From IMG/VR virus record IMGVR_UViG_3300044632_000653: 64,000 bases of DNA; one strand, written 5' to 3'. Below, in pieces: positions 29,536 through 38,944 of the stretch. A program made the position numbers and the translations under genes. The DNA is from a virus. Each line of letters begins with the position of its first letter. Position 1 is the stretch's first letter. Under the pieces are notes generated by a model. It saw nothing but the letters and a program-made list of their open reading frames with translations. It ran no database searches and was not told the origin of the DNA.

Positions 29536-30033
29536 TCAGTTTCCCATTCCTAGTAGGCGAAGTAGTCGCCACTTTTCCTGATCGATGATCTGACGAATTC
29601 TTGTTGAGGAGACACCGAGGGTCTTTGCGGCGCATGTCTGCGTCCTGCCTTCATAGAGGCATTGGCAGATGACCCTGAAGTCTTTGTGACCGATCCTGTC
29701 GAAGTTGATTTCCTCTTGGTATTCCTGCTCATGGTAAGTGGTTGACTGAAACACAAGCGATTCAGGGCTCTTGAACTCTACCTTTACTCGTTCCTTGTTT
29801 CTTCCATACCAATTACGCATGTCTTCGATCACCAAGAACTTCGCCCTGCGTGAGGTGTATTCGTGAGACATGCCACGCTCCTCATGGTAAAGCCATGCCT
29901 CCGTGGCATACTCCCGTGCTGTCTTGCCGTTGAATGTCTTCTTTCCACCTCTACCCAAGACCTTCGCCGCCGCACTAGCAGCCCTGCCGATGATTTCATT
30001 CGGATCTTGAGTCAGATCCTGATCAATACTCAT
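29536..30033 (-). CDS. Sigma70 region-4-like HTH protein
   Basis: LYEGRTQ..AAKTLGVSSTRIRQII; GGAGG SD. Confidence 0.6.
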   Translation of the reverse strand: MSIDQDLTQDPNEIIGRAASAAAKVLGRGGKKTFNGKTAREYATEAWLYHEERGMSHEYTSRRAKFLVIEDMRNWYGRNKERVKVEFKSPESLVFQSTTYHEQEYQEEINFDRIGHKDFRVICQCLYEGRTQTCAAKTLGVSSTRIRQIIDQEKWRLLRLLGMGN

Positions 30034-30119
30034 GTAAAGCGACCTCCGAGGTTAGGAGTATCGACCTGATTTCGCCATCTTTCAGCGTAGGTCGAGACTA
30101 TTCTCGGAGGTCGTTCTGT

Positions 30120-30395
30120 TCAGAGGGTCTGCTTGAACACGCCGACGAAGTCGCCACGGTGGTGGCTGTTGACGAGCCAATCCTTCTTGTACCTGTGGAT
30201 GAAGGCGATCACATCCTCACGGCTGACCTTCTTCTGATCTAACAGGTAGAACTCCCTTGCCATGTGCGGGGCATCGGCAGATCCATACTTTCTCGCCTCC
30301 CGAAGGATGCCGTGGGCGATGTCGATGATCAACTGATCCTTCTCGCCCTCGGTGAGTTCGTGCGGGAGTTTCGGTGGCTTGTAAGACACGATCAT
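30120..30395 (-). CDS. Hypothetical protein, paralog of the C-terminus of the 30413 ORF
   Basis: IA..(I/V)LR.A.....A..P..A.E.Y.LD...IAFI...K...F.QTL shared by both. Confidence 0.6.
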   Translation of the reverse strand: MIVSYKPPKLPHELTEGEKDQLIIDIAHGILREARKYGSADAPHMAREFYLLDQKKVSREDVIAFIHRYKKDWLVNSHHRGDFVGVFKQTL

Positions 30396-30412
30396 GTCCG
30401 CTCCTTGTTGGT

Positions 30413-30907
30413 TCAGAGGGTCTGCCCGAACTGCTGAACCCAACGGGTCTTGCTGTCGAGGGACAGGATGTACTGCTTGTTCGCCTTGATGAAGGCGATC
30501 AGCGCAGCCTTCGTCTCGGTCCACCGCTCACGGCGGTCGGTGATGTCGAGGGTGTACAACTCGTAGGCGAGGTCGGGCGTGTTCGCATCACGGGTGTCCT
30601 TGGCGTTCCGCAGGACCTCGTAGGCGATGTTGAAGAGGAGGACGGGCTCGTTCACCACGGGCGGCTTCGCCACGGTCGGGGTGACGGTCGGCGCAGTCTT
30701 CTTCTTGGCGAAGAGACGGACGGGCGGCTCGTAGGGCTCGGCAGGAACGACCTCGGTGTACCGCTCGGTGGTCGGGGTCAGCCGTCCCACGGGGCGGGAA
30801 GTCTGCGGCTGCGGCTCGGGCTGCGCCGAGGTTCGGGAGCGGAGACCCTCCTCAAGGTTACGGGCGGTGAGGGATGCGGCGGGTGCAGCGGTGTTCTTGT
30901 TGCTCAT
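30413..30907 (-). CDS. Hypothetical early protein
   Basis: AGGAG SD; promoter at ~30965-30993; paralog of 30120. Confidence 0.6.
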   Translation of the reverse strand: MSNKNTAAPAASLTARNLEEGLRSRTSAQPEPQPQTSRPVGRLTPTTERYTEVVPAEPYEPPVRLFAKKKTAPTVTPTVAKPPVVNEPVLLFNIAYEVLRNAKDTRDANTPDLAYELYTLDITDRRERWTETKAALIAFIKANKQYILSLDSKTRWVQQFGQTL

Positions 30908-30989
30908 GGTGTGTGTCTCCTGTGTTCCTCTTGCTTGCGTTTCGTGGGTTGATCCCACACGGCAAAGATACCTTTTCTTTGATGGTGTG

Positions 30990-31517
30990 TCAAGCCCCCG
31001 TGACAACTTTCACGGCGGCGACATTCACCTTGGCGAGGACATTCTTGATGTCCTTCGCCAACTGCTGCTTGGTTCGGGCGGAAGCCTCCAACCCATCGAA
31101 GTACCGCTTCGTCCACTTGGTGTGGGTCTCGGCGTTGTCCCGTTGGCGGCTTGCGGCAGCGAGGAGCGAGTCGGCTTCGGCAATGAGAGCCTCGGCGTAG
31201 GCGGCGGCGTTAGCGGTGCCGACCATGTTGACCCAATAGCGGAGGCAAGCCTCCCGCCACTCACGGTTCCACAGTTCCCGTTGGAGGTAGTGGTCCTGCT
31301 TGACGAACTTGTCAACCCATGCCTTCTGCTTCACGGACCATCGTCCGACCTGACGCAGGAGGGAGGCGGCGAACTCGTTGCCTCGGTTCGCCCGTCTCTT
31401 GAGGGAGCAGGTCGCCGTAGCCTCGTAGGAGGTGTCAATCCCATGATCGGCTAGGGTCCCCGTAAACCTCGGGGCGGGGAGGACTTTGAGGATGTCGGTG
31501 TTCACGGTCGGAGTCAC
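30990..31517 (-). CDS. Hypothetical early protein
   Basis: AAGGAG SD, GTG start, promoter TTGACA..TATCTT at ~31537-31565; FA.SL..Q....S.KQ.AW motif. Confidence 0.6.
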   Translation of the reverse strand: MTPTVNTDILKVLPAPRFTGTLADHGIDTSYEATATCSLKRRANRGNEFAASLLRQVGRWSVKQKAWVDKFVKQDHYLQRELWNREWREACLRYWVNMVGTANAAAYAEALIAEADSLLAAASRQRDNAETHTKWTKRYFDGLEASARTKQQLAKDIKNVLAKVNVAAVKVVTGA

Positions 31518-31689
31518 GGTGTTCTCCTTCACAAGAAAGATACGATACCAAACCTCCCGTGTCAAGACCAATCATGCAAAAACGAACTCGGCTCGGGACA
31601 AGTCACCGAGCCGAGGTCGCATGGGGGAAAAGATGCAGGAAGATTACGAACCCTTTGATCCCCTGTCAAGAGGGTCCGTGGAATTTTCG

Positions 31690-31878
31690 TCATTTCGCTT
31701 GATCAGCCCGAATCACCTTGACCGACAGACGCTCGACCTTCAGTTGAGCCGCTTGGAGGAGTGGAGTGACCAAGATCGTCTCATAGACGGAGAGGGTCTT
31801 GAGACGCTCCATGAGCCTGTTGCGGTCGGCGACGGCGTTGTCGAGTTGCTGCTTGATGTTCAGTTCGTCGTTCGGCAT
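31690..31878 (-). CDS. Small hypothetical protein
   Basis: AAGGGG SD; TTGACC..TATTCT promoter upstream. Confidence 0.5.
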   Translation of the reverse strand: MPNDELNIKQQLDNAVADRNRLMERLKTLSVYETILVTPLLQAAQLKVERLSVKVIRADQAK

Positions 31879-31948
31879 GGCTTCCCCTTTCAGCACAAGA
31901 ATAGCGGACGGAAGGCGGCAGGTCAAGGGGCTTCTTCTACATACCTGC

Positions 31949-32305
31949 ATGTTGACGCTCAAGCACCCGTTGGAGGTCGGCTCGGTCCTTCAGTCGATCA
32001 GGGAGGACGGCAATCTTCGTTTCGTCAGGTTCTTCAAGGTCATTCGACTTGTCGGGGACTGCGAGGTCGAGTTGGTCGAGTTGGAGACAACGAAGGTCTT
32101 GGGGGAGTTCGGTCGCACGAACAGCGATGTCTTCTTCTCCATCTATGGATGGAAGGGCTCGGTCGCTCCATCCGACAGGGAGATGGAGGGGGTGGTGCCC
32201 CGCATCTACACGGTCGGCTCGACGGGTATCGTTCGGATCAGTTCCGTGTGGACCGCTGTTCCTTGGGATGGTGGGGAGATCCACCACAACAGTCTCGACC
32301 CCTAA
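31949..32305 (+). CDS. Late hypothetical protein, paralog of 32326
   Basis: TACATA box 5 nt before ATG; VG..L....F(F/Y)KV.RL.G...VELV.L shared. Confidence 0.6.
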   Translation: MLTLKHPLEVGSVLQSIREDGNLRFVRFFKVIRLVGDCEVELVELETTKVLGEFGRTNSDVFFSIYGWKGSVAPSDREMEGVVPRIYTVGSTGIVRISSVWTAVPWDGGEIHHNSLDP

Positions 32306-32325
32306 ATACAAATAGGGAGAGATTC

Positions 32326-32700
32326 ATGGGAACTTTCAACGAGAATTGGGACGGGGTCGTTCGCAAGCGTGTTGTCGAGGCGGCGGCTCCTCAGCCAACG
32401 CACGGATACAAGGTCGGCGACATCCTCTGTGCCGTGGTCTCATACAACATGACTCAAGTCTCCTTCTACAAGGTCACCCGTCTCATCGGAACATCCAAGG
32501 TCGAACTTGTGGGGTTGAGTCAGCGCATGACGGGCAATGGTTGGGCGGGAGAGACTGTTCCGACAGACACTCCCAAGTCCTCTCCGAAGATCTTCTCGGT
32601 AAAGCGGTCGGGTTCCATGGACCCAGGCGTAAAGGTCTCCACTAGTGGTGTTGCCTACAGGTGGAGCGGCAAGCCGCAGTTCTACAACCATCTCGACTGA
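32326..32700 (+). CDS. Late hypothetical protein
   Basis: TAAATA box and GGGAG SD; KVGDIL....Y..T...FYKV. Confidence 0.65.
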   Translation: MGTFNENWDGVVRKRVVEAAAPQPTHGYKVGDILCAVVSYNMTQVSFYKVTRLIGTSKVELVGLSQRMTGNGWAGETVPTDTPKSSPKIFSVKRSGSMDPGVKVSTSGVAYRWSGKPQFYNHLD

Positions 32701-32733
32701 GGTCGGGACTGAGGTCGTGTAGGAGTCGCTCCC

Positions 32734-33561
32734 ATGATGTCATTCAAGTCATACATCTCTCATATCCAAGAGGGTGCCCCGCTAGAGAAGTCGGGGTTCA
32801 CCCGCCTCAAGGGTCAACCCAAGAAGGCTGCTCGCAAACTCGCCTATGCCCTCAAGAAGGGCGACTACACCAAGGCAAACGAACGGTACACACGGAAGTC
32901 CGTGAGCCAAATGCGTAGGGTCGGGGACCAACTCGACCGTGCGACGAGGGACTTCAAGTCCCGCATGGGTCTCGCCGACGAGTCGGTGAAGGAATCCGTC
33001 AGCGAGGCTGCGAGGGGATTGGTCGGGTCGAAGAACAAGTGGTCGAGGATCGACTTGACGCAGACCAAGGGCAACACCGATGTCCAATCGGACATCTATG
33101 ACATGATCAAGCAGACCTATGCAGGTCTCGGCGGTCACCCCGACTTCCCTTCCCGTGACAGGGTCCCCCACGACAACGACGGGGTGGACATCATCGACAC
33201 GGACGGTCCCGATGACATCGATGCGACGATCCTGAGCAAGAAGACGATGTTCGGTCGCAAGATGACCACGATAGCGACAGACGGTCAGCAGGATTCCAAG
33301 AGGGCGATGCTCTCCAAGTCCGTCGAACTCCTACAGCAGAGGGGCAACTACATGGAAGCCTCGGGCAAGGTCCTTGAGATCCTGATCTCCAAGGGAGCCA
33401 AGCCTGTCACGGATCAGAAGACCGTGGAGAAGGTCCTCACGGGCAAGACGATCCATTGGCACGGCGACCACCCCGAGGGTCTCAAGGGTGAGGGTTGGTA
33501 TTCTCGCACCATCGGTGGTAAGATGCACACCAAGATGATGCTCGGAAACCCCATTCCGTAA
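32734..33561 (+). CDS. Putative internal head protein, two modules
   Basis: Leader MSFKSYISHIQE; linker DESVKESVSEA. Confidence 0.65.
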   Translation: MMSFKSYISHIQEGAPLEKSGFTRLKGQPKKAARKLAYALKKGDYTKANERYTRKSVSQMRRVGDQLDRATRDFKSRMGLADESVKESVSEAARGLVGSKNKWSRIDLTQTKGNTDVQSDIYDMIKQTYAGLGGHPDFPSRDRVPHDNDGVDIIDTDGPDDIDATILSKKTMFGRKMTTIATDGQQDSKRAMLSKSVELLQQRGNYMEASGKVLEILISKGAKPVTDQKTVEKVLTGKTIHWHGDHPEGLKGEGWYSRTIGGKMHTKMMLGNPIP

Positions 33562-33568
33562 ATACCTT

Positions 33569-34135
33569 ATGAAGACCTATTGGCAACTCATCCTTGAAGT
33601 GACCGCCGCCGTCAAGTCGAGGGTGGCGAAAGCGATTCCCTCCCTTGTCGTACCAAGGGAACCATATCCATGGTCAACCCCGCACAGCGGGTGGTGGCAT
33701 CCGACGAAGCCTCCCGTGAACTTTTCATGGGGAAGCGGGAACTACCACATCACGCAGGTGGTGAAGAACCCCTCGGCATTCGGCACTACCAAGGAAGAGA
33801 TCTACAAGATCCTCATGCCTGAGTACGGAAACGACGAGGAGATGGTCGCCGAGGTCTACAACAACCTCATGCTCGGGCTGCGAGACACCAATCGTCACAT
33901 CGAACGCCATGTCTTCAAGAAGGGGTGGGTGCGGGTGAAGGTCTTGGGGAACTTCAATCGAATCAGCGTCATGGTCGAGGGCATCTCGCCCTACACCAAC
34001 AGAGCCGCCGAGATCGTCGCCATCCATGCGTTCGCCACCGAGAACAAGGGTGGCAGGATGTCCCTGACCATCGCAGACACGGTGAAAACCTACGGCACAG
34101 CCGAAGACATTGAGCGTTACGGCAAGGGTCGATGA
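33569..34135 (+). CDS. Putative internal head protein
   Basis: TAAATA box; leader MKTYWQLILE; GW.RV motif. Confidence 0.65.
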   Translation: MKTYWQLILEVTAAVKSRVAKAIPSLVVPREPYPWSTPHSGWWHPTKPPVNFSWGSGNYHITQVVKNPSAFGTTKEEIYKILMPEYGNDEEMVAEVYNNLMLGLRDTNRHIERHVFKKGWVRVKVLGNFNRISVMVEGISPYTNRAAEIVAIHAFATENKGGRMSLTIADTVKTYGTAEDIERYGKGR

Positions 34136-34165
34136 GATAAATAAGGGAATACCAAAGGGGAGAAG

Positions 34166-35587
34166 ATGCAGAACTTCAGCGACAACGGCAAGAAGGACTT
34201 CGTTTGGGGCGGATGGCGCAAGCCGTATCAGTACATCCTTGACGAGGCGAAGACCCCCGAGGTAGCCCCCGAGGTCAGCGATGTCCAAGAGTCGTTGGGT
34301 ACTGACATCAGCCTTTATGGGTGTGGACGGAAGCACTACAAGGAGATCCGTTCCATCCTCAAAGATGCGAACAAGTATCAGGGTCCTAGCGGATTGGATC
34401 CTCTCATCCACGATGCGATGATAAACCTAGAGCATCTTGCAGTTGCTCTTGCGGAACCGCATTCCACTCCAAGTGTTGTGAAGGCTGTTGAGGATTACCG
34501 CAACAAGGTCTTCATGTCGATTCGTCAGTTCATCAGGGGCGTTCAGGCGAACACACGCCCCTCGTACTTTAGTGGACAGAGGCAGTTTCCCTTGGCTATG
34601 AAGATCGATAAGTTGCTGCTCAAGATACAGAATTGCAGCCAATCTTTCACGACGAAAAAGAAGGCTAGGCAGTCACCGACATTGTCGGCAAACCCTTTCA
34701 AAGATCTGTCGGTCAGCGAGTCGGTGAGTGCGACTAAGGAATACCGACAGAAGAAGATCCAAGCGAACCGAAGGCTGATCGTCAAGTTGGGAACCGCCGC
34801 ACAGAAGGTCGAGGACACCGCTGCGAGGCGTGAGATCACGCAGACCCTCTCGTCAGCCGATGCCTACAACAGGCGGCTCGGAACCCCCGAGTTCTTGAAG
34901 TACGGTCCCGCATATTGGGTGAACTTTGAGGGCATCTATGTCGGCAGGGAACTTGAGCGGGTCAGGTCCCTGCTCGTCCACCACGGCATCGTGATCCCAA
35001 CTTCCGAGTCGGTCGAGGAATCGGATGTGCTGACTGAAGAGAAGGAATACATCTTGTGGGCGATCCCAAAGGGTGAAACGGATGCTTTGTATGCAAAGCC
35101 TGTCTATACCCAAGGAAGGTCGATGGATGACATCAAGAAGATGATGGAATTCTTCAAGAAACAAGGATGGCACTCGTTCAAGGTGCAGACGATTGACCTT
35201 TCCGAGCCGATGGATGCTGCCAAGGCATTCCGTAAGGCAATCAATCCCCCATCGAAGTGGCGGAAGCCGTCAAGCGTGAAGCGGGAGTCGGTCGAGGAAG
35301 GCGATGCGATGACCGAGGCGAAGCGACAGCCCGAGGAGAACTACTTCAAGTCCTACACGGCAGCGGTCAACGCCGCCCGAGCGAAGGCAGAGAAGAAGGG
35401 CTACGAGATTGACGAGGACGATTGGAGCAGCAAGGTCACGCACGGATACCCTGGTCGCCCGTCCGAGGGGAAGACCACCAACTTCAAGATCAGGCTCCTC
35501 AAGGGCGGCAAGCCCGTCAAGAACATGCTCGTCGTGTCGGTCTACGGGATGAGCGCATCCTTTGAACTGACGAGTTACATCAGTTGA
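34166..35587 (+). CDS. Putative modular internal head polyprotein
   Basis: TAAATA box; linkers DVQES, VSESVS, SESVEESDVLTEE, RESVEEGDAMTEA. Confidence 0.65.
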   Translation: MQNFSDNGKKDFVWGGWRKPYQYILDEAKTPEVAPEVSDVQESLGTDISLYGCGRKHYKEIRSILKDANKYQGPSGLDPLIHDAMINLEHLAVALAEPHSTPSVVKAVEDYRNKVFMSIRQFIRGVQANTRPSYFSGQRQFPLAMKIDKLLLKIQNCSQSFTTKKKARQSPTLSANPFKDLSVSESVSATKEYRQKKIQANRRLIVKLGTAAQKVEDTAARREITQTLSSADAYNRRLGTPEFLKYGPAYWVNFEGIYVGRELERVRSLLVHHGIVIPTSESVEESDVLTEEKEYILWAIPKGETDALYAKPVYTQGRSMDDIKKMMEFFKKQGWHSFKVQTIDLSEPMDAAKAFRKAINPPSKWRKPSSVKRESVEEGDAMTEAKRQPEENYFKSYTAAVNAARAKAEKKGYEIDEDDWSSKVTHGYPGRPSEGKTTNFKIRLLKGGKPVKNMLVVSVYGMSASFELTSYIS

Positions 35588-35614
35588 CCACGGCATAGGT
35601 TCCGTGTGTTCCCC

Positions 35615-35657
35615 GAACGAAAACCCCCTGCCTCACGGCGGGGGGTCGTTCGTTTTT
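35615..35657. terminator. Terminator between convergent genes
   Basis: AACGAAAACCCCCTGCC...GGCGGGGGGTCGTTCGTTTTT. Confidence 0.6.
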
Positions 35658-35667
35658 GGAGATGGGG

Positions 35668-36075
35668 TCAGCCGCCGACAGCGACCATGCGGGAGGAGTC
35701 GAGCCACCAACCATAATAAGTGTTGCGCCCCACCACGATGGTCATCTCACGGTCGCCTCTGTGGCGGCAGCGTTGGCAGCGGACTCCACGCATCGTGTAG
35801 GTCATGCGGCGAACTTCTCCCTTGTACACGATCTGATCGTGGACGGTGAGGTCGAGGAGGTTGCCCTGCTTGCCCTTGCGGATGCCCTCGACCACGGCGA
35901 CGATGCGGCGGCGACCGACCTCATTGGTGCGGGGGCAACACAGACCCGTGGCGGCTTCGCAGACATACGCCTTGCCGACCACGAAGGTGGCAGAGGTCCT
36001 GTCCGTTTCGGAGACAGGAAGGGCGAGGAGATCGGCGGTCGAGAGGATCAAGTTGGTCTCGGTGGTCTCGGTCAT
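35668..36075 (-). CDS. Hypothetical early protein
   Basis: AAGGA SD; early operon. Confidence 0.55.
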   Translation of the reverse strand: MTETTETNLILSTADLLALPVSETDRTSATFVVGKAYVCEAATGLCCPRTNEVGRRRIVAVVEGIRKGKQGNLLDLTVHDQIVYKGEVRRMTYTMRGVRCQRCRHRGDREMTIVVGRNTYYGWWLDSSRMVAVGG

Positions 36076-36112
36076 TCGTCGCTTTCCTTTCGTTCGGTGT
36101 TCGGGTCTCGGG

Positions 36113-36523
36113 CTAGAGGCTCTTGACCTTGGCGTTGGCGAGGAGGTAGCGGTCGCTGCCCCAAGCCGTGTGCCACGACCACTCGACATACTCGGGTCGG
36201 TGGTGGCGGTAGGTCACGCAGCCCTCCTCCGTGTCCTTCACGGGGATGCCACGGATGATCTCCGTCTCGTCGGGACGGAACCGCTCGACCTTCGGGTTGT
36301 GGGGCTTGTGGGAGGTCACGGCGATCACGGCGATGGTGACGGACTTCCCCTTCTCCTTGCGGTCGATCACGGTGACGAGGGTGCGGAACTCGCCCTTTCC
36401 GTCCATCCGCTGACGCTTGTAGAGGTAGGTCTCGCCAACCTCAAACCGAGGCTTCACTCCCTTGCGGTCGTAGACTCGGGTTTTGGCTTTGTGGGGGTCG
36501 AGGGTCTTCACCGTCCTAGGCAT
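36113..36523 (-). CDS. Hypothetical early protein
   Basis: GGGAG SD; promoter at ~36581-36609. Confidence 0.55.
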   Translation of the reverse strand: MPRTVKTLDPHKAKTRVYDRKGVKPRFEVGETYLYKRQRMDGKGEFRTLVTVIDRKEKGKSVTIAVIAVTSHKPHNPKVERFRPDETEIIRGIPVKDTEEGCVTYRHHRPEYVEWSWHTAWGSDRYLLANAKVKSL

Positions 36524-36619
36524 TCGGAGGCTCCCTTCATGTTCGGGTCTCGGGCTAGAGGGTCCTTCCCTCTCACCCAAAGAATACGATAAGAAACGAT
36601 TCGTGTCAAGGATCAGGGA

Positions 36620-36979
36620 TCAGAATCCCTCGGGGTACATCCCGTCGAGGTAGTCGTAGACCTCGACGGCGACCCCTGCGGCATCCTCCATCCAAGCAAC
36701 GAACTCCTGCACCTCCTTGACGGTGCGGTCGCCGATGAAGCCCGTGGGGTTGATCGACACCGACCAACCCTTGCGGACCTTGGAGTGGGTCGCCGTGACG
36801 ATGGCGGACCAATACGAGTCCCGCAGGTTGATCACCACCTCGCCGTCATCCACGGTGACGGTCGAGAGATCGAACCGACCGTAGCGGTTGGTCTCAAGCA
36901 GGTCGGTGAACTGCTGCTTGACATGATTCTTGTTGGCGGTGGACTTGGTGGACTTGGTGGACTTGGCGGACTTGCTCAT
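36620..36979 (-). CDS. Hypothetical early protein
   Basis: GAGGAG SD; promoter at ~36998-37026; KST repeats. Confidence 0.6.
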   Translation of the reverse strand: MSKSAKSTKSTKSTANKNHVKQQFTDLLETNRYGRFDLSTVTVDDGEVVINLRDSYWSAIVTATHSKVRKGWSVSINPTGFIGDRTVKEVQEFVAWMEDAAGVAVEVYDYLDGMYPEGF

Positions 36980-37027
36980 GGTTGTCTCCTCACCCAAAGA
37001 ATACGATAAGAAACGATTCCTGTCAAC

Positions 37028-37372
37028 TCACCTAGAGGGGTTTCCCGCAGGATCGTATTCCTTGAAGCCAAGGGCGACGAGGTCACCCCATAGGTCTCGG
37101 GCGGCGATCCGAATCAGGTGCCTCCCGATAGCCGACCTGAAGGTGATGCTCTCCTCGGTCTGCGCCCACTCGGGGAGTACGAGATCGCCCGATGGCTTCC
37201 ATATCCATACGAACTCGTCCATCTTCGGTGACCAATAGAAGACTTGGACATGGTCCTCGGGTCGGCTCATTCGGACATGGAACTCAAATCTCTGACCCAT
37301 GTTCGGGAGGAAGAGCCTGTGACGGACATGGTCTCGGTCGAAGGGGCTCAAGTATTCTCCACGGTGTTCCAT
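37028..37372 (-). CDS. Hypothetical protein (A..xW..L...G motif family)
   Basis: AARDLWGDLVALGF; AGGAG SD. Confidence 0.5.
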   Translation of the reverse strand: MEHRGEYLSPFDRDHVRHRLFLPNMGQRFEFHVRMSRPEDHVQVFYWSPKMDEFVWIWKPSGDLVLPEWAQTEESITFRSAIGRHLIRIAARDLWGDLVALGFKEYDPAGNPSR

Positions 37373-37800
37373 TCGGGGGGGTCTCCTGCGGAGGGAGTGA
37401 ACGAGGGGGGATGGGCTTGGCGGGTGAGCGAGGTGTAGGGCGGTTCTTGGGCTCGGTAGGAAGGGCTGTTCGGGGGGACGGTCCATCCGTGGGAGGCGAG
37501 GCGTTCCCATACGGATCGGGCGTACTCCACGGACACGGTCATCGGTCTGTCGCTGCCGAGCCGAAGGTCGTGGACCACCGAGGGTCCGACGAGGACGCTC
37601 TGCACCTCAAGCGTGTCGGGAGGATGGCTGTAGGTGGAGGTCTTCGTCCTCCAATACATGATCGTCACCTGACGCTTCACGGCTGCGTCGGTGGCATCGA
37701 ACATCATCACCTTGTAGTGGGAGGTTCCCGAAGGACCATGGATGTGGGATGCCCCCAAGGGACCGATGTTGTACTCCCAAAGGTAGTGGACTTGCGACAT
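37348..37800 (-). CDS. Hypothetical protein (A..xW..L...G motif family)
   Basis: ATG 7 nt after TTGACG..TATCTT; EYARSVWERLASHGW. Confidence 0.55.
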   Translation of the reverse strand: MSQVHYLWEYNIGPLGASHIHGPSGTSHYKVMMFDATDAAVKRQVTIMYWRTKTSTYSHPPDTLEVQSVLVGPSVVHDLRLGSDRPMTVSVEYARSVWERLASHGWTVPPNSPSYRAQEPPYTSLTRQAHPPSFTPSAGDPPEWNTVENT

Positions 37801-37832
37801 GTCTGAAAAGATAGCATACGACGGAGCCGCCG

Positions 37833-38591
37833 TCAAGAGAAAAGACCTCCCCCGTCCCAACCGTGGTAGGAGACCCACTCGGATCTGTCCACCGTCCCTC
37901 CCCGCCTCATGTTGGGCACCCGAACATCCTTGACCTTCTCCCATTCCCACCCCGTGAAGACCTCTCGGCAGTTCGTCCCGTAGGTCACCATGCAGGGGAC
38001 ATCCCCTCGTCGCTCCACCAACCCCACGGTGTCGGAAGCCCTGTAGCCGTCCTCCATCCCGTCACCATAGTTGCCCACGGTCCCCAAGTACGGAGGGTCG
38101 ATGAAGAGCCCGTCGCCCGTCTCGTACAGATGGTCCTCGCCCCGACCATGCACGACCACGACATCCCGAAGCCGACCGAGGCATCGGATCGTCTCGTCCA
38201 CGGGAAGCCTGTGCTGTGGGTAGACCTTCCATGAAGACAACTGCCCCACGACCACCGAGCAGACATTCACCCGAACATATGCCCTAGCCCCCACAGACAA
38301 TCCCATGTCTCGTACATCGGGCTTCGATTCCAACTTCTTCCGATCCTCGACCAACCGATTCAAGTCACGGAGTTCCTTCTCACCCACCCCTTGGAGCCAA
38401 CGCCACAGTTCCACCAACTCAGGGTTCAGTTCGTAGCCCAAGAGGGGAAGACCCGAGTTCAGCCCGTAGGCTCCCGAGCCGAGATAAGGCTCTACGATGC
38501 GGGTCACCCCATGAGAAAGGGGACGGTACAGACCGAGGAGTTTTGACTTGTTGCCCGAGTAGCGGAAGAGACGGAGAGGGGAGGATGCCAT
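37833..38591 (-). CDS. D12-class N6-adenine DNA methyltransferase (Dam-like)
   Basis: RYSGNK (motif X), EPYLGSG (motif I), FIDPPY (motif IV). Confidence 0.85.
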   Translation of the reverse strand: MASSPLRLFRYSGNKSKLLGLYRPLSHGVTRIVEPYLGSGAYGLNSGLPLLGYELNPELVELWRWLQGVGEKELRDLNRLVEDRKKLESKPDVRDMGLSVGARAYVRVNVCSVVVGQLSSWKVYPQHRLPVDETIRCLGRLRDVVVVHGRGEDHLYETGDGLFIDPPYLGTVGNYGDGMEDGYRASDTVGLVERRGDVPCMVTYGTNCREVFTGWEWEKVKDVRVPNMRRGGTVDRSEWVSYHGWDGGGLFS

Positions 38592-38944
38592 GCACTCCAT
38601 ATCGACCCCGAACAGAGGAAATTGGAGTTTGAAACCCACAGAAACCTCGTTTCCCCGCAAATAGAGGGGTGGGGACACCGTGGGGAGAGCGTGGATGAAG
38701 AAAGATAAGGAAAGAAACGAGAGGGAAGAGGGGGGAAGGACGGGGAAGGATCGGGAACCCCCGCAGTTCGCTAGGAACGATGGCGTGTTAGCCGTCGAGG
38801 CAAAAGCCGAAAAAATTGAGGGGTCTCGCCCTACCACATTCCACGCCCGTGTCAAGAAAAATCCACCAAGATTTTCAAAAAAGTTTCCATGAAAAAACCC
38901 CGAGATTTTCTCTCGGGGCTCTTGACTTTTCTCAAGTCATACTT

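Noticed and set aside
31486-32325. 5' extension of the 404-aa ORF
   Set aside because: Overlaps other genes; the real start is at 32326 after a late box and SD
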